DNA of 64,000 nt, from NCBI GenBank assembly GCA_913050215.1, contig CAJXBG010000006.1, forward strand, positions 7,555 through 71,554, read 5' to 3'. Position 1 is the first letter of the stretch, and the number at the start of each line of letters is the position of its first letter. Of the stretch, positions 10,021 to 18,295 are shown piece by piece. The notes beneath the pieces are model-generated. The model was not told the DNA's origin and did no database searches. It saw nothing but the letters and a program-made list of their open reading frames with translations. The stretch is from an uncultured Gammaproteobacteria bacterium. Its GTDB lineage: Bacteria > Pseudomonadota > Gammaproteobacteria > Pseudomonadales > Azotimanducaceae. Both the position numbers and the translations under genes were made by a program.

Positions 10021-10060
10021 CTGTGAACCACTGTGAATCCCTGTGAACCGCTTTGAATCA
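10021..10060. repeat. Four tandem 10-bp direct repeats CTGTGAAYCN
   Basis: The four units are ctgtgaacca / ctgtgaatcc / ctgtgaaccg / ctttgaatca, read directly. One unit equals one helical turn. The array is intergenic, about 150 bp upstream of the 10211 ORF. Confidence 0.8.
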
Positions 10061-10210
10061 GGGTGCAGCGGGTTGAGCCGCAGGTTAGCGAAAATTGTGT
10101 CGGACATTCAACGCTGGGAGAATCGTCAGGTCCGCAGATATAATATGGTTATGCAGGCTCTGTCGAGATACGCGATACCCGGATAAACAATCAGAATCAG
10201 GAAATTTTTA

Positions 10211-10669
10211 ATGAGTGGTACCTACGAGTCATTGAAACTAAACAGCGAAGAAAGCAACGTAGAGCGTTTGGGCACATTCGTCGCGTGGTTGGTTGCGAAT
10301 AATCTACTGTCGAGTTCCCTTGAAAATAGTGCAGGTTCTTCGGTTGCCCGCTTGAGAATGCAGGACCTCAGTGGAGCGGAATTTCTGACGACGGTCATGC
10401 ATGGGGAATTCAAGGTCGAGCATCTGACCGAAAATGCTAAGAAGTTTGTTGATGAGTATTTTGTCGTTGGTAACTATGAAGCTGACTTTAATGCAGCGGT
10501 CGCAGCGATTAAGTATGACGCGAGCCAAGATGCATTTAATAGCGCCTGGTTATTGTATGACGAAGTAGCACCAAGAATTTCCACGGCATTTCAACGGTTT
10601 AACAATCCGCCGTCAGCGGTTAAAACTACCATTGCCAAAATACTACAATTCCCTGGTCGAAAACGCTGA
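10211..10669 (+). CDS. Hypothetical protein, 152 aa, no family recognised
   Basis: ATG preceded by AGGAA SD. Composition is protein-like (GTFVAWLVANNLLSSSLE...). No signal peptide or TM segment. Confidence 0.65.
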   Translation: MSGTYESLKLNSEESNVERLGTFVAWLVANNLLSSSLENSAGSSVARLRMQDLSGAEFLTTVMHGEFKVEHLTENAKKFVDEYFVVGNYEADFNAAVAAIKYDASQDAFNSAWLLYDEVAPRISTAFQRFNNPPSAVKTTIAKILQFPGRKR

Positions 10670-10853
10670 ACAAAAAGCCGCGTTGATTTTAGTCAAGGAG
10701 ACTTCAACCCCGCCCGGGGTATCTACAAAGACGATGCTGGACTGCCACCGCATAAAGTCGCTGGCGCAAAAGTCAATTTTGACTATCCGATTGGTAGAAA
10801 AACTGCGGCGGACAGTTTGCTAGAAAATAATACTTTTAAAACGGAATAGAAAA

Positions 10854-11597
10854 ATGAGTGAGTCAAATCTGGTCACAAGAAATGACCTCGACGGGGCAGC
10901 GTATCTGACGCTTAATCGTCCAGACAAGTTAAATGCCCTGACTGTGGGTATGTTTGAAGCGTTGCGGGCACATGTCATTCAACTTGGAAAAGACGATGAT
11001 ATTTCCTGTGTTGTAATCTCTGGTGCCGGTAAATGTTTCTCGGCTGGTCATGACCTGGCGGACATTGCCGGGGGAGAACGTGTCCCTTCGAGAGGTTGGC
11101 ACTCAGAAACGCTTCGAATGATGGAGTTATTACCGAAGCCAGTGATAGCTGCAGTGCATGGGCATTGTTATACGGGCGCGCTCGAGGTAGCGCTTGCCGC
11201 TGATTATATTGTGGCTGCAGAAAGTGCAAAATTCGCAGACACTCACGCAAAGTGGGCACTCACACCGGTATGGGGTATGAGTCAAAGGCTGCCTCGGAGG
11301 GTAGGTATCAGCACGGCTAAAAAGATGATGTTTACGGCTGCAACACTTAACGCTGAAGAAGCCTTGAGAGTTGGACTTGCGGAATGTGTTTTCTCTGACG
11401 ATACGTTTCAGGCGGAGATTCAGGCAATGTGCGAAGGTATTGTTGCTAACTCGTCGTTCACTCATCAAGCCAACAAAAAGCTGCTAGAGACAACCGACGG
11501 TAAGGCTTTGGATGCTGGGCTGCAATGGGAAGTATTCTCAAGTGAAGGGCGGGGACCTGACATGGAAGAGCGCATCAATGGTTTTATGAAGAAATAG
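10854..11597 (+). CDS. Enoyl-CoA hydratase/isomerase (crotonase) family protein
   Basis: 247 aa. VISGAGKCFSAGHDL oxyanion-hole motif and AAVHGHCYTGALEVALAAD. Confidence 0.9.
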   Translation: MSESNLVTRNDLDGAAYLTLNRPDKLNALTVGMFEALRAHVIQLGKDDDISCVVISGAGKCFSAGHDLADIAGGERVPSRGWHSETLRMMELLPKPVIAAVHGHCYTGALEVALAADYIVAAESAKFADTHAKWALTPVWGMSQRLPRRVGISTAKKMMFTAATLNAEEALRVGLAECVFSDDTFQAEIQAMCEGIVANSSFTHQANKKLLETTDGKALDAGLQWEVFSSEGRGPDMEERINGFMKK

Positions 11598-11716
11598 GTC
11601 AGTATGACGCCATCTGAAAAATGTGCGTAAAGCTGCTTGGTTAGACGAGTAAAATTTACCCCCTGGTACTGGATATTCCCGTACACTATCGCTTTTTAAA
11701 CATAGAGAGATTCAAA

Positions 11717-12394
11717 ATGCAGTTTGATGATGTCCTCCTCGGGCGCCGTAGCATTCGCGGTTACAAATCCGATCCGGTGCCGAAAGCACTTATTGAAGAA
11801 ATATTAGCATTGGCAATGCGCTCACCGTCTTCGATGAACACGCAGCCGTGGAATTTTACGGTCGTGTCCGGCGAACCTTTGAATCGTATTCGTGCCGGAA
11901 ACACGGAACGCAACATCGCCGGGGTGCCGCATTCGCGCGAGTTTCGCATCGGGCAGGCCTTTGCCGGACAACATCGTGACCGTCAGGTTGGCGTTGCAAA
12001 GCAATTGTTCTCTGCCATGGGTATTGAACGTGAAGACAAAGCTGGGCGCCAAGATTGGGTGCTGCGCGGTTTTCGTCAGTTTGATGCCCCCGTGTGTGTG
12101 ATCATCACTTACGACCGAGAGCTTGCGGACAGCGATGACACGGCTTTTGACTGTGGCGCAGTCACAACAGCACTGGTAAACGCGGCTTGGTCGCGTGGTC
12201 TGGGCGCGGTCATAAACAGTCAGGGCATTATGCAGTCGCCAGTGGTGCGTGAGCACGCAGGTATTGCTGAGGATCAGGTGATTATGAAAGCGGTTGCGCT
12301 GGGTTGGCCCGACGAAGATTTTCCCGCGAACGCCGTAGTGTCTGAACGTAAAAGCGTGCAAGAAAGCGCCCGGTTTTTAGGTTTTGACGAGTGA
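11717..12394 (+). CDS. Nitroreductase family protein
   Basis: 225 aa. N-terminal RRSIRGYKSDPVP and SSMNTQPW are typical of the FMN nitroreductase fold. Confidence 0.85.
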   Translation: MQFDDVLLGRRSIRGYKSDPVPKALIEEILALAMRSPSSMNTQPWNFTVVSGEPLNRIRAGNTERNIAGVPHSREFRIGQAFAGQHRDRQVGVAKQLFSAMGIEREDKAGRQDWVLRGFRQFDAPVCVIITYDRELADSDDTAFDCGAVTTALVNAAWSRGLGAVINSQGIMQSPVVREHAGIAEDQVIMKAVALGWPDEDFPANAVVSERKSVQESARFLGFDE

Positions 12395-12427
12395 TCAACA
12401 GATAACGCAAGGGAAAAGCAAGGCTCC

Positions 12428-13561
12428 ATGTATTTTAATCCAAGTCGCATGAGCTCAAAAATAAATAAAAATTGGCCGCCAGCGCTATGGGCGCTGGCGG
12501 TGATGGTTTGTTTGAGTAGCGCTGCGTTTCCCGAAAATCAAAGTGTTGGCGGCTTAAAGCCTTTCGAACTTTCGCAGCTCTCTGTAGCGCCGGGTACGAA
12601 AGTCAGTGGCAAGTTAGCTGTAAATGTTGGAATGGATGATGTAAACACGTTCATTCCTGTCACGGTCATTCATGGACGGCACCCTGGACCGGTACTCTCT
12701 CTCATAGCTGGAATCCATGGCTCGGAATATGCCCCCATACTCGCCATGCAGCGTCTACCCGACTTGTTAGATCCTGGTGAGATGGCAGGCACTTTGATCA
12801 TTGTTCACATTGCTAACGTGCCAGCGTTCCAGGGTCGAACTGTATATTTCGGACCAAATGATCTGAAGAACTTGAACAGATCCTTCCCTGGCGATCCCGC
12901 AGGTACTGTCACAGAGCGCATCGCAAATATCATTACGCAGGAAGTCATGTTGCGCTCAGACTACTTTATCGATATCCACTCAGGCGATGCGAACGAAAGT
13001 CTGAGACCTTCTTACTCGGCTTACTATAAAGACGCGGGTGGTGAAAGCGTCATCGCAGAATCAAAGCGAATGGCAATCGCTTTTGGTTTGGGGACTGTCG
13101 TGCAATTTTCCGGTTCTTACGCCAATGTCGAGGATGCTATCTATACTAGTGCTCAAGCAGTGACTCGTGGTGTTCCTGCGATCGATATAGAATCAGGCGA
13201 GCTTGGCGTAGTCGCGGATGTTTTTATCGATCCAATTATTAAAGGCACATTGAACGTAATGAGAGAATTGGAGATGGTGACAGGTCCATCAGGGCCACCT
13301 AATAATCCATTACTTATTGCCGAACGCGCCAGAATATACAGCAAGCATCAGGGCATTTGGCATGCGGATGCGCTCGTTAATACAGGTGACTATGTGACGC
13401 AAGGCACAAAGCTGGGTTTGATAACTGATTATTTTGGTAATCACTTGCAAACAATTTATGCGCCAGCCTCGGGTGTGCTGCTCATCCTTTTTGGCACCCC
13501 GCCAGTAAATGAGGGCGATAACATCGTTGTGATTGGACAATTGCCTGAAGATGCTGACTAA
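12428..13561 (+). CDS. Succinylglutamate desuccinylase/aspartoacylase (M14-like) family protein, secreted
   Basis: 377 aa. Hydrophobic signal segment (PPALWALAVMVCLSSAAF). GIHGSEYAP and DIHSGD are metal-binding motifs of the AstE/AspA family. Confidence 0.8.
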   Translation: MYFNPSRMSSKINKNWPPALWALAVMVCLSSAAFPENQSVGGLKPFELSQLSVAPGTKVSGKLAVNVGMDDVNTFIPVTVIHGRHPGPVLSLIAGIHGSEYAPILAMQRLPDLLDPGEMAGTLIIVHIANVPAFQGRTVYFGPNDLKNLNRSFPGDPAGTVTERIANIITQEVMLRSDYFIDIHSGDANESLRPSYSAYYKDAGGESVIAESKRMAIAFGLGTVVQFSGSYANVEDAIYTSAQAVTRGVPAIDIESGELGVVADVFIDPIIKGTLNVMRELEMVTGPSGPPNNPLLIAERARIYSKHQGIWHADALVNTGDYVTQGTKLGLITDYFGNHLQTIYAPASGVLLILFGTPPVNEGDNIVVIGQLPEDAD

Positions 13562-13644
13562 CAAAAAGAAAGGCATAAAGTGATCGGGTGCGTTCTATTG
13601 ACCCAGCCTTTCGATCCCCCTCCTCCCTTCAAAGTGCGAATCGG

Positions 13645-13670
13645 GTTGGATTAAGAACACTTAATCCAAC
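13645..13670 (+). terminator. Perfect 11-bp stem hairpin downstream of the 12428 gene
   Basis: gttggattaag-aaca-cttaatccaac, read directly. It sits 84 nt after the stop. The following tract is only weakly T-rich. Confidence 0.4.
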
Positions 13671-13721
13671 TTCGAGCTATTGACGTATATTTATGTCACG
13701 ACAATAGAGAGGAAAAGAAAG

Positions 13722-13856
13722 ATGTCAATTGTCATCATGTTAACTGTTAGCTTCGCCGTTTTTTATCTGATCAATCGGCGCTCAAAGCTAGAGGCTATTC
13801 CCATACGTAGCAATTCAATACCACAAAAGCTCCCTGTCGATGACAGGAGCTGGTAG
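13722..13856 (+). CDS. Possible 44-aa single-TM mini-protein upstream of HiPIP
   Basis: Below the ORF-track size cut-off. GAGGAAAAGAAAG precedes the ATG. Translation is MSIVIMLTVSFAVFYLINRRSKLEAIPIRSNSIPQKLPVDDRSW. Its stop codon TAG overlaps the AGGAGG SD of the HiPIP gene. Confidence 0.3.
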   Translation: MSIVIMLTVSFAVFYLINRRSKLEAIPIRSNSIPQKLPVDDRSW

Positions 13857-13865
13857 GAGGTTTTT

Positions 13866-14174
13866 ATGATTAAACGAAGAAACTTACTTAAATCTGCCAC
13901 GGCACTGGCAGCGTTGCCACTCATCGCTAGCACTGCCAGGGCAAGTACGCCAGTGAGCTTGACTGACCCCGCAGTAGTCGCTCTCAAGTATGTCGAAGAC
14001 GCCACCGATGCGACCCGGGTCGACAAGATGGGTTTTAAAGGCAACGCCCAGATCTGTTCAAACTGCCGGTTTTATGCCAAAACCGATGCGGTATGGGGTG
14101 GATGTGCGCTTTTCCAAAACAAGCTGGTGAAAGGTGAAGGGTGGTGTAACGGATGGGTACCGTTGGCGAATTAG
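13866..14174 (+). CDS. High-potential iron-sulfur protein (HiPIP), Tat-exported
   Basis: 102 aa. Twin-arginine signal MIKRRNLLKSATALAALPLIASTARA. CSNCRFY...WGGCALF...GWCNGW is the four-Cys HiPIP pattern. Strong AGGAGG SD. Confidence 0.9.
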   Translation: MIKRRNLLKSATALAALPLIASTARASTPVSLTDPAVVALKYVEDATDATRVDKMGFKGNAQICSNCRFYAKTDAVWGGCALFQNKLVKGEGWCNGWVPLAN

Positions 14175-14917
14175 AGAGAAGTTTCTCCAGTTCTCGAGAT
14201 GATATAACCAAGTCTCGCGTGCTACTGATTACTGGTAGCACGATAGGGAACGCATTGGCACACGCACTAGCTGAAGATGACAACGTTTCGCGCATCTTGC
14301 TTAGCTGGAGGAGCTCAGAGCCAAAGATAAGCTCTGACAAGATAAAATGCTTTCAGATGGACGCTTGCGTTGAAAGCGAAGTGGCGTCAGCGCTTGAAAG
14401 ACTCGGCCCGCTCGACGGCATTATTAATACCATCGGGTTGCTGCACGACGGGAGTGTGAAACCAGAGAAAAGCATATCTCGACTAGACACTGCAGCGTTC
14501 GACAAGACATTAACGGTTAATGTTTTACCAACACTCCTCCTAGCTAAGTATGGACGAAAAGCATTAAAAGATAGTCAGGATGCCTGGTTTGCCACGCTGT
14601 CAGCTCGGGTCGGTTCAATTTCTGACAACCAGTTGGGGGGTTGGTATAGCTATCGCGCATCCAAAGCCGCGCTTAATATGGCCCTGAAATCCCTCGCGAT
14701 CGAATGGCGAATCGCTTTGCCAAGATGCACCGTCGCGTCTCTCCATCCGGGCACCGTCGGCAGTCCACTGTCAGAGCCCTTCACTCGGCGCACCGATCCT
14801 GAGCGGGTCTTCACACCTGCACAGAGTGCATCCTATCTCAAGGAAGTGCTTCATAACCTGTCGCCTGTGCAAAGCGGGCGTTTCTGGTCTTGGGATGGCA
14901 CAGAGATTCCATGGTAA
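14153..14917 (+). CDS. Short-chain dehydrogenase/reductase (C-factor-like SDR)
   Basis: VLLITGSTIGNALA Rossmann start and YRASKAALNM (YxxxK). The start is uncertain: ATG 14153 overlaps HiPIP by 22 nt, and an in-frame GTG at 14219 is an alternative. Confidence 0.8.
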   Translation: MGTVGELERSFSSSRDDITKSRVLLITGSTIGNALAHALAEDDNVSRILLSWRSSEPKISSDKIKCFQMDACVESEVASALERLGPLDGIINTIGLLHDGSVKPEKSISRLDTAAFDKTLTVNVLPTLLLAKYGRKALKDSQDAWFATLSARVGSISDNQLGGWYSYRASKAALNMALKSLAIEWRIALPRCTVASLHPGTVGSPLSEPFTRRTDPERVFTPAQSASYLKEVLHNLSPVQSGRFWSWDGTEIPW

Positions 14918-15120
14918 TTCTTGGTCTTTCCAAACATCACTCGCGTATAAGCATGGGAGTGAAGAGGAAAGGGGGACGATCTCTCCCTCAAAACGAAAGC
15001 TTAGCTCTTAATGATTTCTGACCGTTTGCCGTGAAAATCAACGTGCCGTTGTACCGCAACTGCATGGGCATCGTTCAAACGGGCACTGAAGGATTTACCG
15101 CTTCTGAATTGGAGGTACTA

Positions 15121-15315
15121 ATGAACCTGTTTAAGCTATTTAAAAAAGATCCAGCGAAAAAGCTCAGGAAGGAATATCACCTGAAGTTAGAAAAAGCACT
15201 GCACGCTCAACGTAATGGAAATATTCGCGAATATTCTTTCCTCACCTCTGAGGCAGAAGCCGTAAAAGAAAGATTGGACGCGGTCAACGCGCAAAGCGAG
15301 GGTAATGGGCAGTAA
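15121..15315 (+). CDS. Small lysine-rich protein (64 aa), Lacal_2735-like
   Basis: MNLFKLFKKDPAKKLRKEYHLKLEKALHAQRNGNIREYSFLTSEAEAVKERLD, preceded by GGAGG SD. The ORF track extends it to a GTG at 15031, which I consider unlikely. Its 3' end overlaps the next gene by 11 nt. Confidence 0.55.
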   Translation: MNLFKLFKKDPAKKLRKEYHLKLEKALHAQRNGNIREYSFLTSEAEAVKERLDAVNAQSEGNGQ

Positions 15316-16309
15316 CGTTTCCATTGCCATAGTTGGAAGTGGAATAGCGGGCACGACCCTCGCCCGGTTGCTTACCGACGACAGCCCGTCAACGGAAATC
15401 ACCATTTTTGAAAAAAGTCGAGGAGTCGGTGGTCGAATGGCCACCCGATACTCTGAGCAACTGGAATTTGATCATGGAGCCCAATTCTTCACAATACGTG
15501 GCAATCGCTTTAGGCAATTCCTGAGTCCCTACAAAAACGCATACAAGGCGTGGCCAGCGGCCACGACAACACTATCCCCAGATCGAAAAGAATACACTCG
15601 GCTATGGTTCGAGACCCATTACGTAGGCACGCCGAGAATGAACTCGCTCTGCAAGAAAATTGCGGAAAGCCTGGATATCCAGTTGCAACAGAAAATCACG
15701 GGTATCAGCGGTGCCCCCAAGCAATGGTTTTTGGAGAGCGAAGATGGTCGTTTTGGCCCCTTTGATTGGGTCGTGTCTACTGCGCCAGCGCCTCAAACCC
15801 AAACAATTTTTAACAAACCCGATTTAGATGCACCCTACGACGCCACTTTCGCGTTGATGGTGCCCGTTGAAGAAAGACCAGAGTTCGACGCTGCAGTGGT
15901 CCGAGATTCGCCGGTTTCGTGGCTAGCAGTGACGTCATCTAAGCCGGAACGGAGCCAATTAAAGCAACTAGGCATCGTCGCACATGCGGATTCGCAATGG
16001 TCAGACAAACATCTTGATGTGCCAGCAGATAAGGTTAAAGGCGAGTTGCTTGACGCATTGGAAGCACTTGCAATAAGCGGACTCCAACGAGAACTTGCCA
16101 CACTTCATTTGTGGAGATTCTCTCGGCCACTCGCTGCTGGAACTCAACCCTACTTCTTTGATGCACGAGAACATTTAGCCGCCTGCGGTGATTGGTTTAT
16201 GGGTGATAACGTCGAAGGTGCGTTTGACAGCGCTCACGCACTTTTCTTAACCTTGCGTAAGCAAATTGTCGATAAAGGAGCGGAATTTAAGATAGAAAAA
16301 GATACCTAG
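15305..16309 (+). CDS. NAD/FAD-dependent oxidoreductase (renalase-like, COG3380-type)
   Basis: 334 aa. IAIVGSGIAGTTLARLL dinucleotide-binding motif, EKSRGVGGRMATR and FDHGAQFF. Confidence 0.8.
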   Translation: MGSNVSIAIVGSGIAGTTLARLLTDDSPSTEITIFEKSRGVGGRMATRYSEQLEFDHGAQFFTIRGNRFRQFLSPYKNAYKAWPAATTTLSPDRKEYTRLWFETHYVGTPRMNSLCKKIAESLDIQLQQKITGISGAPKQWFLESEDGRFGPFDWVVSTAPAPQTQTIFNKPDLDAPYDATFALMVPVEERPEFDAAVVRDSPVSWLAVTSSKPERSQLKQLGIVAHADSQWSDKHLDVPADKVKGELLDALEALAISGLQRELATLHLWRFSRPLAAGTQPYFFDAREHLAACGDWFMGDNVEGAFDSAHALFLTLRKQIVDKGAEFKIEKDT

Positions 16310-16372
16310 TGTTTTTCAGCTTTAATTTGTGGTGCGTGAAAAGAGAACGGGCAAGGGAGGACGAGCACGAAA

Positions 16373-16831
16373 TTATTGCATGCGTGCGGAGTAGTCCCAC
16401 GTTGAAAAAGAAACCGGCTTAATTTCTATGGTGGTTTCTTCGGCTGCTCTACCTAGAAGCCACTGGGAAAGTGCGGAGTCAGTGCCGCCGAGGTGTCGAT
16501 TCATGAGCCGTGTGAGTAACTCTGTTGCGCCTCCCGTTTTGAGAACGACCGAACCACGACCTCTTACACCCTTGTAAGGGGGCTGATTCGGTGAAATATC
16601 GAAACTGCATCGAGGATGCTTGAGTAACGATTTAATTAATTCACTTCGCTCATGTGAGATGCAACGGATAAGCCCATCTGCCGCGTCATAGTGGAACCAA
16701 ACAGAGCATAGCAGCGGGTAGTCAGCGCCACCTACGGAAATGCGCATGGGAGTGACTGTTTCGGCGAGATATTCTTCAATCTGTGAGAGTGACCAAGGGC
16801 CATTTATTCGTGAGTTCATGTTACCGACCAT
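16373..16831 (-). CDS. Pyridoxamine 5'-phosphate oxidase (PPOX/FDOR-like) family protein
   Basis: 152 aa. PLLCSVWFHYDAADGLIRCISHE and the size are typical of the split-barrel flavin-binding fold. An alternative ATG lies 12 nt downstream. Confidence 0.65.
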   Translation of the reverse strand: MVGNMNSRINGPWSLSQIEEYLAETVTPMRISVGGADYPLLCSVWFHYDAADGLIRCISHERSELIKSLLKHPRCSFDISPNQPPYKGVRGRGSVVLKTGGATELLTRLMNRHLGGTDSALSQWLLGRAAEETTIEIKPVSFSTWDYSARMQ

Positions 16832-16968
16832 ATTCTATCTGCAGCATGCTAGCCAGCATCTGATAAAAATTTTTTTTGGTGGGCAAAAAGAGATTTCAGA
16901 CGATTTCCACGGCGATCAGGGGAATTGAGATCACTTGTGGATACCTGTCTGCACTTTATAGATATTTT

Positions 16969-16996
16969 TGATCCTTTTCCCCTCAAGCCTCGTATT
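16969..16996 (+). promoter_or_regulatory. ECF sigma (sigmaE/ChrR-type) promoter-like motif TGATCC-N16-CGTATT
   Basis: tgatcc (16969-16974), a 16-nt spacer, then cgtatt (16991-16996), read directly. It is about 80 nt upstream of the lipocalin ATG on the same strand. The consensus is recalled from memory, not scored. Confidence 0.35.
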
Positions 16997-17078
16997 ACTG
17001 TTTACACACCAACAACCAAAGAGAATGTTGTTCATCCGGCGTTGGAAAACGGTGCTAGCTGATTGACGATAATAAGTT

Positions 17079-17552
17079 ATGAAAACGGCAAAAAGTCTAG
17101 ATATAGAAAAATTTATGGGCGATTGGTTTGTTATTGCCAACATCCCGACGTATTTTGAAGCAAAGGCATTTAATCCGGTCGAAAGCTATCGACTCGGAAA
17201 GAATGGGAAGATAGAGACGACGTTCGCCTTCAATGCGGGAGCGACCGACGGTCCGGCCAAGGAGATTAAAGCAACAGGGGTGGTTAAAGACCCGAGAAAT
17301 CCTGCGATATGGGGTATGCGGTTCGTCTGGCCCCTTAGTGCAGATTACCGGGTAATCTTTGTCGACACCGACTACCAACATACAGTTGTGGGGAGGGCCA
17401 AGCGCGATTTTTTGTGGATCATGGCGCGCGATCAACCGGTCGATTTGGACAAGCTAAATATGCTTGTAGACGTAGCTGTGGCAGAGGGCTACGAGCGGAA
17501 CAAAATTTTGCTGACAAGTTGGCAAAAACAAGAACTTAGGAAGGCGGGTTGA
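17079..17552 (+). CDS. Lipocalin family protein (Blc-like) without signal peptide
   Basis: 157 aa. The FMGDWFVIANIP motif corresponds to the lipocalin G-x-W-[YF]-x-I motif. An in-frame TAA at 17073-17075 rules out an N-terminal extension. Confidence 0.8.
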   Translation: MKTAKSLDIEKFMGDWFVIANIPTYFEAKAFNPVESYRLGKNGKIETTFAFNAGATDGPAKEIKATGVVKDPRNPAIWGMRFVWPLSADYRVIFVDTDYQHTVVGRAKRDFLWIMARDQPVDLDKLNMLVDVAVAEGYERNKILLTSWQKQELRKAG

Positions 17553-18295
17553 TGAAACGGCTCTACCGCTCGATATACATGGCGCTTCTGTTAATTGTGT
17601 CTATGGCGAGCACCGCAGCGGGTCAGCAGAACTTCATCGGTGTCGCACGCGATAATGACTCGGAAGTCCAGTACATCGAACATCATCAATACCTCGACTC
17701 GGGCGAACATCGAATAAATTATTACTCCCCAGATATGACGCTGCTGGTTCAAAAAAAGCTCAGTTATCCAGGGCTGCCGCACCACCCGAATGTTGTACAA
17801 TCTGATCTTTTAAACGACATCGAAATCACAATGCAATCACAAACGAACACGTTGTCTGTGAAGCGGGAACAAGATCAAGAAACCAATAGCTGGGATTTCG
17901 AGTTAACGCCTAATGTCATTGTTGACGCTGGTTTCGATGGTTACATCCGCAATGCTTGGGCGGAGCTGTCGCCGGGTATGACAAAAACATTGAAGTTCGC
18001 AGTTGCAGGACAAGATCGCTTGATTCAAATGAAGATAAGTGACAGGGGTTACGAACGTGATCATCGGGTTTTCGTCATAGAGCCGAAAAACTGGCTCGTC
18101 AGAATGATCATCCCGCAAATCCGTCTCGAGTATTCAGACCAAAAGCAGCTTGTTCGCTACGAGGGTCTTTCAAATATAAGAGCTTCGAAGGGAGGCAATA
18201 ACGGCGTGGTCGACATACGGTTCAAGCGTTGGGACGGAGGGTTACCTCAACTAGCTTCAGATATTACGCGCGAGAATCTGGTCACCCGGTTGTGA
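17552..18295 (+). CDS. Secreted hypothetical protein, 247 aa, family not recognised
   Basis: Signal peptide MKRLYRSIYMALLLIVSMASTAAG. The ATG overlaps the lipocalin stop (TGATG), with AGGAAGG SD upstream. The track's TTG at 17549 is one codon longer. Confidence 0.7.
   Translation: MKRLYRSIYMALLLIVSMASTAAGQQNFIGVARDNDSEVQYIEHHQYLDSGEHRINYYSPDMTLLVQKKLSYPGLPHHPNVVQSDLLNDIEITMQSQTNTLSVKREQDQETNSWDFELTPNVIVDAGFDGYIRNAWAELSPGMTKTLKFAVAGQDRLIQMKISDRGYERDHRVFVIEPKNWLVRMIIPQIRLEYSDQKQLVRYEGLSNIRASKGGNNGVVDIRFKRWDGGLPQLASDITRENLVTRL

Noticed and set aside
10021-10060. 10-mer array as DnaA boxes or plasmid-type iterons
   Set aside because: The units share only TGTGNA with the reverse DnaA box TGTGNATAA. 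They are shorter than typical 17-22-bp iterons, and no replication genes or AT-rich unwinding element are adjacent.
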